Positions 53,278 to 64,000 of a stretch of DNA of 64,000 nucleotides are shown here, piece by piece. This stretch comes from Nemertoderma westbladi. Taxonomy: Eukaryota > Animalia > Xenacoelomorpha. The notes beneath the pieces are model-generated. The model did no database searches. It saw only the letters and a program-made list of their open reading frames with translations, and was not told the origin of the DNA. The position numbers and the translations under genes are program-made. Numbering within the stretch: position 1 is the first letter of the stretch; every line of letters starts with the position of its first letter. Location: positions 18,102-82,101 of the forward strand of contig JAUCBJ010001224.1 in assembly GCA_032718475.1 (NCBI GenBank), written 5' to 3'.

Positions 53278-53866
53278 GTAAGTATTCCCTACTGAAAGTA
53301 TAAAATTTTCCGTTATACGGTGTTTTAAGTTTCTAAATGAAAAATTTTTGGAGTAGACCTATTTAATTTTGATGTTAAAAATAATTATATTATAATTTAC
53401 TTAAACCAAATACATATTACATTATTTTAGAGGATTATTTTCATTATAATAAACTAATAAACTTAATTACATGTGATTTTAAATAATTAGAAAAAATTAT
53501 AATTATACAAAGCTTGTATTCCTATTTTAGTGTATAGGGGTGTATGTGTTTGAGTAGATTAGAATTGATAATGATTTTCGTAACTTAACAATTATCTTTA
53601 TATTAATAACTACACTCCCATCCATACTTTAGTATTGGGGGAAGGTTTAACAAATATTGTATTTGTCATTGGTCACTTAAAATTATGATGCACATCTGCT
53701 ACATCTATTACTGTATATCAAGACTCTGTAAATAAGAGTCAGTACTCACTCAAGTTATTACATTAATAATTATTTTTATTTAAAAAATTAGTCGAAGAAT
53801 TAGCAATACTAAGAAATAATTACTTAATCTTATTTAATCTTTAATCTCATTATCATATAATTAATA

Positions 53867-54045
53867 ATGAATAATCTTCCCACGAAAGTGAAATCAGTTG
53901 TAGCCAGGGGAGGGACATCAACGAACTCCTTCATCGAAGCCGTAATACTACACATATCAAACGGTGTAAAAAAGAAAAGAGATCGGAAAGGAGAACCGCC
54001 GTCAAAGAAGTTCCGATTAAATTACAACACTATGGTGTTTATGAT
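53867..54045 (+). CDS. Exon 'A' of an unidentified gene
   Basis: ATG start, basic KKKRDRK..PPSKKFR; phase-2 donor AT|GTAAGT joins in frame to 54316. Confidence 0.7.
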
Positions 54046-54227
54046 GTAAGTGTTTCTATATAATATGTGATAATTTATGTTTATGTGGGTATCAAAATTT
54101 AATTTACACTATTGTATACGTTAATATTAAATATTATAAAGAATAAGTATAGGTTTTTGTAAATAATAGATATGAAATATATATTTCCAGGGCGGGATTA
54201 CATTATTTTCCACAATAAAAATTAAGT

Positions 54228-54290
54228 AATGACCCAGTATCGAACTCATTACTTCTAGCTCTAAAGTTAGGCGCTTTACCAAATGAGTAC
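54228..54290 (-). pseudogene. Degenerate tRNA-like/SINE head fragment in an intron
   Basis: Minus strand TACTCATTTGGTAAAGCG...GAGTTCGATAC resembles A and B boxes. Confidence 0.35.
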
Positions 54291-54315
54291 ATTATTTAAT
54301 TTATATTGTCTATAG

Positions 54316-54592
54316 AGATCTCTCTTCCGGTGAAACGTTCGCTGTCATAAATCCAAAGGGAATCGACAGCGATCGTTTTTTTGTCGCTGGTCTTGTCATT
54401 GGTGCGGCCGTACGACTGATGGAACCTTCTTTCAGAGGAAAGAGAAACCATAACATTCCTCTGATAAGTTGTAACTCCTCCACTGCAGTGTTGGCCGCAC
54501 CAACGGTAAACGTCGTCATCACCGATTTCACACCAGAGAATGATGATATGACTGGGTTTACGCTAGAAGTACATAATCTAAACATTGATGGG
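54316..54592 (+). CDS. Exon 'B' of an unidentified gene
   Basis: TATAG|A GAT CTC... stays open for 92 codons (DLSSGETFAVI...RLMEP...LNIDG), then phase-0 GTAAGT. Confidence 0.7.
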
Positions 54593-54875
54593 GTAAGTTA
54601 AGGGCTGATATAACTTCAGTACATTAAATAATTGATAAAGGCTAAAGTCGATTTATAAACAAGAAGACAACTAAAATTGGCAGGTTAAACTGCTAAAGGT
54701 CTAAAAGCGCGAACAATAGTAGTTCTTATAAGATATTGGTCTATAAGTTCAGAGCACCCGACAGAATCAATACTAAATAATATAATATAGTGAGATAAAT
54801 TTGTATTAAAGTTTAAGATTGATAATATAAGATACATAGAAGATACATATAAGATACATCACACAAGACACAAGA

Positions 54876-55108
54876 GGCGGGGTAGCTCAGTTGGTTGAGC
54901 GCCGGGCCTGCAATCTAGTGGTTGTAGGTTCAGCCCCACCAGTTCCACTCAGCCTTTCATCCACTGGGGTCGATAAAATGAGTACCAGTTAAATTACTGG
55001 GAGAAAATCATGGGATAGGAGTAGCGCCCACCCCTACAGTCGGGTAGCAGCTATCGAAAGAGGAGCTTTCGGGTCGCCTCTGGCCTCGGCAGACTGTTTG
55101 CTTGCTTG
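54876..55108 (+). mobile_element. tRNA-derived SINE
   Basis: Head GCGGGGTAGCTCAGTTGGTTGAGCG...GGTTCAGCCCC; central CTCAGCCTTTCATCC..GGGGTCGATAAAATGAGTACCAG; (TTGC)n tail. Confidence 0.85.
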
Positions 55109-55149
55109 ATAAGATACATATAAGATATATATGACATACATATAAGATA

Positions 55150-56790
55150 CATATGGTACATATTGGACCACGTGGTGTGTTCTGGAATGTTAGATAATAA
55201 GATTAAATCTATTAGTATTTCGTATGACAGTACAGTAGATGACCATATGCCAATATATTTCACAATTGATTTAGAAGCGCTACTTGTTGGTAATGGTGAC
55301 GCTGATGATAGTAAACCGGGTGTAACTTTTTCTACAGGACCTGATTGGGACAAAGTTAAAGCGGCGGAAATAAATACATACGCCAGTTAAGTTGATTCAA
55401 ACTTGAGTGATTACACAAAGTTTGAATCAGAGCTTAGTAGTTGTAATGATACCAGAGCTGTAATTGTGTAAAATGTAAATGTGCCATTGACTCACTTTAT
55501 GCGCATATTGTAAATGGTTTAATTTCAGCGGGTGACAAAGCGTTTAAAAGTAAAAATAATTCAAAGAGTAATAACATTAATCACATTCCAGGGTGGAATG
55601 ACCTGGTAAAGGAGCTCCACCATAAAGCAAGGCAATCTTTTTTGAGTTGGAGGTCGGCCGGGTCTCCAAAGCAAGGAATAATATTTTCTCAATATATTAA
55701 GGATAAAGCTAATTTTAAAAGAGTTTTAACTGCAAGCGACAAGAGAATAAAATTCGTGATGACAAATTAGCCGAAGCCATACTGGCTACTACGTCAGGCA
55801 ACATAAAGCAATTTTGGTCTGAAGTTTCAAAACGGTGCAATAAACCCTCACCTGCTCCTAATGTTGTAGATGGGGTTACAGGTGCTGTGGAAGTCTGTGA
55901 ATTGTGGAAAAAACACTTTGGTAATATTTTCAATTGTGTTAATGACGACTCTGATAAGGAATTTGTAGACAAGTCGATTTCAAGCAGTTTAAATAAAGAA
56001 AGTTTAAAGTTTTCTCGGAACGATATTTTTGATGCTATCTATAGTTTAAATGTAGGCAAGGCATATGGCCCTGATTGTATTGTTGGTGAATATTTTTCTT
56101 TCGGGTGGTTACAAAGGGAACCAAACAGGGCGGTATTCTTTCGCCAAATCTTTTTACAGTGTATATGGACGACTTAAGTAGGGAACTTACTGGTACTGGA
56201 ATTGGTGCATTAATTGGTAATACAAGAATAAATCACTATATGGCAGAGCAAATATGTTGGCTAGTAAATTTAGTCACTGCACACTAAGGGTTAAATGTTG
56301 CTTATTTCGAGCTTATTGCACTCAAATATACTGTTGTGCACTATGGGCACAACAGAATTATTCAAATAAAGTGTTTAATAAAATCGCTGTAGGGTACAAC
56401 AATGCTGCTAGAATAATATTTAAGATACCACGTGTAACCAATGAAGTAGCCACTAGTATGTCACTGTCATTAGGTAAACTAGATTTGCCTATGTTTTGCC
56501 ATATTATTTTTAATGCTAGGACAAGTTTTAGAAAACGTATATTTTCGTCTGATAATACAATTTTAAGTGCTATTTATAACAACTGCCGTACCGTATCTAG
56601 AATTTTTAGAAGCGCTGAAACTTAGCGTTAATATAAATATATTTTACTATTTTTACTTATGTCAAAAAAAATAATATAATTGTTACCTTGTGCTCTATAA
56701 TACTTAAATTAACTGTGCATATGTGCCGTTTCGTAATATGTATAATTCGATTATGGCATGAATTAAAAGATTAATAATAATAAATAAATA
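55150..56790 (+). mobile_element. Degenerate APE-RT LINE with internal deletions
   Basis: LDHVVCS, DDHMPI, PGWN, KAYGPD, GTKQGGILSPNLFTVYMDDL, YCTQIYCCALW; AAT/AAAT tail. Confidence 0.85.
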
Positions 56791-58314
56791 CATGTATACA
56801 TAGAAAAAAAACAAGAGTAAGATTATAACAATTTCATAAAATAATGAAGAAAACTAATATCTATTAGCAGAAGGAATAAATAGCTGAAACATTTCTAGGA
56901 GTGTCGATCGCATTACATATTAAAGCTTAAACATATAAATATATCGGAGCGGTGAAATGTATTCAGGGCAATATGATGCCTATATTTCTGTATTTATACA
57001 GTAGCAATACTAAGAAATAATTACTTAATCTCATTTAATCTTTAATCTCATTATCGTATAATAATGAATAATCTTCCCACGGAAGTTAAATTAGTTGTAG
57101 CCAGGGGAGGAACCTCAACGAACAGCTTCATTGAAGCAGTAATACTACATATTTCAAACGGAGTAAAGAAGAGAAAAGATCGCAAAGGAGAACCGCCCTC
57201 AAAGAAGTTCCGATTAAACTACAATACCTATGTTTTTTACTTATTAAAAACGATGCGCCATCAGAATTTAATTAAAAACCCTATTGAGCATATTTGGCGT
57301 GTGGGGCACTTTTAATAACTAAGTATATCATGGTGTGCAGAAATGAAAAGTAGCAATTTTTTAGTAATCCGCGTTATGACAAGGTGTATTTCGGTCAAGA
57401 GAGAGAGCAGTGAGGGAGGTTTCCAAAATAAACAAATGTATTTTAACACTGAGTAGTCTCAACTCTCTGCTGTGCTGGTCAGACAGACTCTTATTAAAAT
57501 TAACGGATATTAGTTAGAGTTTCGTAATATGTATAATTCGATTATGGCATGAATTAAAAGATTAATAATAATAAATAAATACATGTATACATAGAAAAAA
57601 AACAAGAGTAAGATTATAACAATTTCATAAAATAATGAAGAAAACTAATATCTATTAGCAGAAGGAATAAATAGCTGAAACATTTCTAGGAGTGTCGATC
57701 GCATTACATATTAAAGCTTAAACATATAAATATATCGGAGCGGTGAAATGTATTCAGGGCAATATGATGCCTATATTTCTGTATTTATACAGTAGCAATA
57801 CTAAGAAATAATTACTTAATCTCATTTAATCTTTAATCTCATTATCGTATAATAATGAATAATCTTCCCACGGAAGTTAAATTAGTTGTAGCCAGGGGAG
57901 GAACCTCAACGAACAGCTTCATTGAAGCAGTAATACTACATATTTCAAACGGAGTAAAGAAGAGAAAAGATCGCAAAGGAGAACCGCCCTCAAAGAAGTT
58001 CCGATTAAACTACAATACCTATGTTTTTTACTTATTAAAAACGATGCGCCATCAGAATTTAATTAAAAACCCTATTGAGCATATTTGGCGTGTGGGGCAC
58101 TTTTAATAACTAAGTATATCATGGTGTGCAGAAATGAAAAGTAGCAATTTTTTAGTAATCCGCGTTATGACAAGGTGTATTTCGGTCAAGAGAGAGAGCA
58201 GTGAGGGAGGTTTCCAAAATAAACAAATGTATTTTAACACTGAGTAGTCTCAACTCTCTGCTGTGCTGGTCAGACAGACTCTTATTAAAATTAACGGATA
58301 TTAGTTAGAGTTTC
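56728..58314. repeat. Apparently identical 791-bp tandem duplication
   Basis: 56728-57518 matches 57519-58309; GTTTC microhomology at 56728, 57519 and 58310. Identical 83-aa ORFs lie 791 bp apart. Confidence 0.95.
57064..57230 (+). pseudogene. Paralog of exon A lacking its donor (duplicated at 57855-58021)
   Basis: About 55 codons nearly identical in amino acid sequence to 53867, then diverges. Confidence 0.7.
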
Positions 58315-58639
58315 CAGTACATTCGGTCTAAAAAAATTGTTAGATAGAATTTAACATAGCTAGACCCGCCCCAGAGTAGCAAAGTAGCAATTGCCACAGT
58401 ACAGTACAGCAGTATAATTATGGAGTAGGCCTACCCTAAATCTGTAAATATACATCATAGATATCATAGTATACAGGTATAGAACAGTAGCCTAGTCAGA
58501 CATTAGTCCTCCAGTAAGTTGTTAGAGATTCTGTGTGTGTATACTACCATGGCTTCAAAGGAAGCAAAGGCGATGTATTACCGAAATAGGTACAGGTGGG
58601 ATGAAGGAAGAGTTTCGCACAAATGAAAAAAATCGGCAA

Positions 58640-59460
58640 AAAGTAATCAGAGTAGTGGACCCTCTGTTTCCCAGTCACCTCCAGTTAACACTCATGTGGA
58701 GCGTTGGGCTGCACGGCCACACTGCAGAGGGGGCAGAGCCAGGGAAGAACGCAACCTACGGTGAGGTAATGGAGAGGGGCCACATCTTTCATCCTGTTGC
58801 CTTTGAGACCCTTGACCAGCCTGGGCCCGAGACAGCCATCTTCATCAGGGAGTTCGGTTCTCGCCTCCATTCTGTGACCCATAAACCAAAGTCGCACAGG
58901 TTCCTCCTCCAATGGATCCTGGTGGCCCATTCTGTGACCCATGAACCAAAGTCGCACAGGTTCCTCCTCCAACGGATCCTGGTGGCCCATTCTGTGACCC
59001 TTGAACCAAAGTCGCACAGGTTCCTCCTCCAACGGATCCTGGTGGCCCATTCTGTGACCCATGAACCAAAGTCGCACAGGTTCCTCCTCCAACGGATCCT
59101 GGTGGCCCATTCTGTGACCCATGAACCAAAGTCGCACAGGTTCCTCCTCCAACGGATCCTGGTGGCCCATTCTGTGTGACCCATGAACCAAAGTCGCACA
59201 GGTTCCTCCTCCAACGGATCCTGGTGGCCCATTCTGTGTGACCCATGAACCAAAGTCGCACAGGTTCCTCCTCCAACGGATCCTGGTGGCCCATTCTGTG
59301 TGACCCATGAACCAAAGTCGCACAGGTTCCTCCTCCAACGGATCCTGGTGGCCTTCTTGGTTGGGAATGCGGCTTTGGTGATGGCCACTGATGGGCCATC
59401 TCCAGACGGCTCTTTGACATTTTAGACTAAACTGAAGGGACACAATTAATAATATAATTC
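58640..59460 (+). mobile_element. 3' fragment of an RLE-type (CRE/R2-group) non-LTR retrotransposon
   Basis: AE..K...Y...IFHPVAFETL..PGP...FI...GSRL..VT.EP....FLLQRI.VA...GNA is the RLE-domain C-terminus. Confidence 0.75.
58868..59353 (+). repeat. Tandem array of five 60-bp and three 62-bp units
   Basis: Unit CATTCTGTGACCCATGAACCAAAGTCGCACAGGTTCCTCCTCCAACGGATCCTGGTGGCC; the last three carry an extra TG. Confidence 0.97.
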
Positions 59461-60236
59461 GACTGTGACTGTAATAGAATTGTCAGGAATCATGCCAATA
59501 TGTAATAGAATTGTCAGCATTATTAAGATATGGTTATTATAACTACTTCTTTACTGTGACATGTAATAATGCATTATACACCTGACGTAGCACCTGCTTT
59601 CAATGTAGTTTCTTCATTACATGAGCATCTTCAAGGCAAAGAGCCTTTCACTGCATTCAGTGAATAGGGGGTTCAAATTACTTCACTGGCATGCAGTGAA
59701 AAAAGTGGGAATTTCCCATTAATGCATCAATAATGTTTTAGCAACCACCTAACCAAATTTCAAATAACCAGTAAAACAAAGAAAACTGTCGCATTCATTA
59801 CTTATTCTTTATCTACTTGTCAAAACTATATACATAATACATAAACATACAACCAAGTTCCCATATACATACAACCAGGTAAATAAATACCAGGTTCTCA
59901 GCAAAAAAACATATCTCGAAAGTAGTAAAGGTAAGTTAAGATTTGAACCAGTTCATCTCCCATATTTGTACTGGTAATGAAGTTATATAATTACTATATA
60001 GTGTATATAATCAAAACAATTAAGAAATTATATATAATGCCTATTAAATATTATAATATTATACACAAAAATAGAGATACTGGATTGGTACCGGTATTAT
60101 AAGTTGAATATACTTTGGCACACCAAACATTAATTAAACAGGTAGAGGTACCCTTAATACAAAATATATATAACATTATTTCATTTTAGTATTTATATAA
60201 CTTACAACAAAAAGACAGACAGACGTGATAAGATCA

Positions 60237-63200
60237 CCCAAGCAGCATGCGATATCCGTCGTATCTGTCGGATATCCGTTTTCCCAAATTTGTAGATATG
60301 TTTTTAATATTTTGGTGGCCCTCTTGTGACATTTATTTTAATATACAACATTGTTGTAGCCCTCTTGTAACATTTGCATGTAACTAACTTTTCCAACATA
60401 TCAGGTGACTGAAGGATATACCTCCGATAAACGCAATATCAGATTTATTTTTAGCGATATTCTGTGCATGTATATGTTATTCCAGTTATATCAGTAAACG
60501 ACAAAGGAATTTATTCATGGGAATAAATTTTTGACTAAAATAACTCCTGATTTCCATACATGTTGACGATGTAATGCTGATATCGTTATCCATATTTATA
60601 GTTTTCTGGAAGTAAAGAGTGCAAATACGATGTTTATCTGATATTTTTTGTATATTATCTCAGCATATTATACGATGAGCAAGAATATTAAATATACTGA
60701 GAATAATATACAGACAATGTACGCAAAGTGGTGGGATTTATTACGGTTATTGTTCGTATATCGTTTTGAGACTTTTGAGACGATGTTGCACGTGGACGTG
60801 GGAACAATTTGTTAACAAACGTGGAATATACGAAAAATATCCGCTGGCCTATTCACAATATACGAAACATAACAGTTTTCTTTCCCACGCTAGCAACTAC
60901 ACATTAGGAGTACATGTTGTTATTGCATAGAGACAATTAGACTAGCCTATATATCACTGTCAATTGCCATCTTGTGCAATTAGTCTTGTTGAGACTTGCG
61001 AGCAGGTGAACTATTACAGTATTATATATAAAACATATTTCGTTAGTATACAGTAGTTATTGTTTAATTCATCTGCAAATGTTTGTAATGTTTTACAGTA
61101 AAATTAAACATAATTTATATTAAATTTATAGTTATAAATTTATAAATTTATAGTTTATAAATTTATAGTTAAATTTATAACTTACCGGTAGATAAAATTA
61201 TATTAAACAAGAAAAATTTAGATAAAATATAAAAATAATAAAAATACAAATAGGGTAACATTTACCGCCATAAGAGTAGGGTAACAGTAACTACTGCATT
61301 GCATAGTAATACGGCATTCCGTGAATGACAGAATTACCCTGCTTTTTTGTGATTTCTGTGTTAATTAAAGCAAATTAAATGTTTATGTAAATTTATTTCG
61401 CTAACTAAAACTCTAAAATCCAAAATTTGCAGTTATTAGTCATAAGACACACGGACCGGACATGGATTACCATACTGGATAAAATTTGAGAATGGAATAT
61501 AATGGTTAAGCCTGAACAAAGACGTAAAATTATAAACAATACAAAAATTTCCTATTGTAATCGATCCAGAAGAAACCACAGAAATAATGAAGTTAAACGA
61601 TTACTGGGTGCATTAGCAATACGCCCACACCGACAACTCAACTGGATGGGGCAGCAAAAAGGGGGCACTTTACCTTCCTTGCCATCTACCGCAGTTACTG
61701 AGGTGGACCGTGGCGAAGTTGTCAACCTTCCCTCTTCTTCTTCAATTCCCATTCATGATGATATTCAAGCAATACCGGTAAGCATTGACAATGAAAATCC
61801 AATTTTGTCAGAAGCCGTCGAGAGTGAAGATGATGTCAGCGAGAGTGAATGTGAAATATATTCTGTGTCTTCTGAAATATCTTCAGTTGATGGATACAAG
61901 TACGACAAAAACAGGTTATTAATCGATATTAATAAGCTTGCTATAAGTCATAATGTTAATCACACCATTCTGAGAGGATTTCTTGACATTTTGAGAAAGC
62001 ATATAGACGAATCCTTGCCCAGTGATCCTAGAACTGTACTTAAACTCAACACGGGAATGGGTACCATTGTACCTGTTAAACCAAAATTTGTAGCTGGCGG
62101 CTATTTATGTTACTTTGGTATATTAAATGGCATTACTTCCATGTCGCACATTTGTAGAAATCTATGCAAAGATGTGCTTTCTGTGTCAGAAAATAACAGA
62201 ATTTTGTGCTTGCAAAGTAACATTGATGGCCTTCCCATTTCTCGAAGTTCTTCAGCACAATTTTGGCCAATTATCGGCAGTTTAACAAACTGCAATCTTT
62301 GTCCACCATTTATAATTCAGTTATTTTATGGTACCAAGAAGCCGCATCCATTCAATGACTACTTAGCGCCCTATGTTGATGAAATGAAAAGTCTTCAAGA
62401 TAAAGGTTTACCTGTGAATGATGTTAGTTGCCTGTTGAATAATTCAGGGGGAATTATTTGTGATACCCCGGCACGATCTGCAACTAAATGCATCAAAGGG
62501 CACACAGGGTATAACTCTTGTGATAAGTGCACTATTGAGGGTGAGCATTTTAATAATCGTCAAGTATTTACAGAGTTAGACGCAGAATTGCGTACAAATC
62601 ATTCATTCCGAAATCAGCACGATCCTGAACATCATAATGGAATATCAATAATAGAGAACTTACCTATTGATATGGTGTTGGACATTCCACTGGATTACAT
62701 GCATCTTTGTCTTCTTGGAATAATGAAACGATTAATTACTAAAGTTTGGATGACGGGGCGATTAAAAACACGTTTATCAAAGGCAGTGTTAGATAAATTA
62801 TCGCAAATTATAATCTCTACTAGATCATGTATTCCAAATGAAATCAATCGAAAACCCCGTTCAATACACGAAGTCAAATGGTGGAAAGCCACAGAATTCA
62901 GAACATTTATATTATATATTGGACCAGTAGTTTTAAGCAAGAATGTAGCACAGGAGGTTTATCATAATTTTCTTCTGCTTCACACAGGGATAACCATTCT
63001 GATCAGCAAAGAATTTCATCTCAAATATAATGAATATGCTGAAATGTGCCTACGGGCATTTGTCAAACATTCAATTAAGTTATATGGAAAAGCTTGGGCA
63101 TCATACAATGTCCATTCAATCATTCACTTGGCTAAGGATGCTGCCAGATTTGGTCCACTTGATTCATTTAGCTCGTTTAAATACGAGAATGTTTTATTCC

Positions 63201-64000
63201 AAATGAAACGTCAGCTTCGCTCTCCTTACAAACCCTTGGAGCAACTAGCTAACCGTCTCAGTGAGCAGAGGGGTTTGCTAAAATATGCAGATGGTAGATG
63301 TACCACCCATCGGAACGAACATAATGGAAAACATGAAATTCCTGTGGTGGAATCCACAAATACATATTTGTATTACAGAGTTTTATTAAATACAGCGCGG
63401 AATTTTAAATTATCATGTGCTAGTACATCCCCCGATAGATACTGTTACATATCATTGGAAGAAAATAATGTGTTTCCCATTGAGATTAATCATATAATGT
63501 TTGAAAAACAAACTAAAATATGGTTTGTATCTGGTAGAAAAATAATCACTGATGACTTTTTTACTTACCCTTGTCCATCTAGATGTTTACATATATTCAA
63601 GGCATGTGGTATTAACTCGACACAAATTATATATGACTGTGATAAAATAATCTACAAAGGAATTAAAATACAAGATGTATTGTATCCTATGTGGCACACT
63701 GGTAAATAAATAAAATTCCGTATTTATTACTCGTCAACTAAGTACTAAATATAATTAGTAAATGGGGTTGGTGAGTGAAAAAATTGTTGGGCTAAAAACA
63801 ATTAAATAATGTTTACTTAATAAGGTTACCTGAATCAAGTTGCGAGGTGTGTTTTTCGTTAAAACATATAAATAACAAACATAATCAAAAACATTAAAAC
63901 ATATAAATAAATACAAATATAAATTTAATTTTAATTTATAAATTAAAGTATATATATATTTTTTTTTATTATATACTCTATATATAGTTTTAAGTCCATA
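60237..64000 (+). mobile_element. EnSpm/CACTA-like transposon, right end outside the window
   Basis: Candidate terminus CCCAAGCAGCA with GATATCCG subterminal repeats, upstream of the transposase. Confidence 0.6.
61502..63709 (+). CDS. Intact 735-aa EnSpm/CACTA-like transposase
   Basis: LPSDPRT, NIDGLP, QFWPI, ICDTPAR..K..KGH.GY..C.KC, LDYMHL..LG, WKATEFR, YNVH...HL, FKYEN. Confidence 0.9.
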   Translation: MVKPEQRRKIINNTKISYCNRSRRNHRNNEVKRLLGALAIRPHRQLNWMGQQKGGTLPSLPSTAVTEVDRGEVVNLPSSSSIPIHDDIQAIPVSIDNENPILSEAVESEDDVSESECEIYSVSSEISSVDGYKYDKNRLLIDINKLAISHNVNHTILRGFLDILRKHIDESLPSDPRTVLKLNTGMGTIVPVKPKFVAGGYLCYFGILNGITSMSHICRNLCKDVLSVSENNRILCLQSNIDGLPISRSSSAQFWPIIGSLTNCNLCPPFIIQLFYGTKKPHPFNDYLAPYVDEMKSLQDKGLPVNDVSCLLNNSGGIICDTPARSATKCIKGHTGYNSCDKCTIEGEHFNNRQVFTELDAELRTNHSFRNQHDPEHHNGISIIENLPIDMVLDIPLDYMHLCLLGIMKRLITKVWMTGRLKTRLSKAVLDKLSQIIISTRSCIPNEINRKPRSIHEVKWWKATEFRTFILYIGPVVLSKNVAQEVYHNFLLLHTGITILISKEFHLKYNEYAEMCLRAFVKHSIKLYGKAWASYNVHSIIHLAKDAARFGPLDSFSSFKYENVLFQMKRQLRSPYKPLEQLANRLSEQRGLLKYADGRCTTHRNEHNGKHEIPVVESTNTYLYYRVLLNTARNFKLSCASTSPDRYCYISLEENNVFPIEINHIMFEKQTKIWFVSGRKIITDDFFTYPCPSRCLHIFKACGINSTQIIYDCDKIIYKGIKIQDVLYPMWHTGK

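Noticed and set aside
54876-54945. Functional tRNA gene
   Set aside because: Imperfect stems and B box, and it continues directly into a SINE body and tail.
58685-59443. Minus-strand repeat ORFs
   Set aside because: Antisense shadows of the 60-bp array.

Overview
AT-rich, transposon-saturated eukaryotic DNA, most likely from an invertebrate animal (spliceosomal introns, fibrinogen-domain gene, animal-type elements). From left to right it holds: a degenerate Penelope-like element ending in a minimal hammerhead ribozyme; a foldback-type inverted array; a two-exon secreted fibrinogen-related gene with a TE-filled intron; LINE fragments, including a head-to-head RTE pair beside a Ulp1-like protease remnant; a perfect 30-bp array derived from the RTE RT sequence; two divergent BEL/Pao elements, one followed by a 3'-5' exonuclease-like ORF; piggyBac derivatives and a 16-bp satellite; an intact 997-aa DDE transposase element; an unidentified spliced gene whose exons appear out of order and duplicated; a tRNA-derived SINE; an RLE-LINE with a 60-bp array; and an intact EnSpm-like transposase. 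All family calls come from motif recognition by eye, not database searches, and element boundaries are approximate unless a TSD is given.
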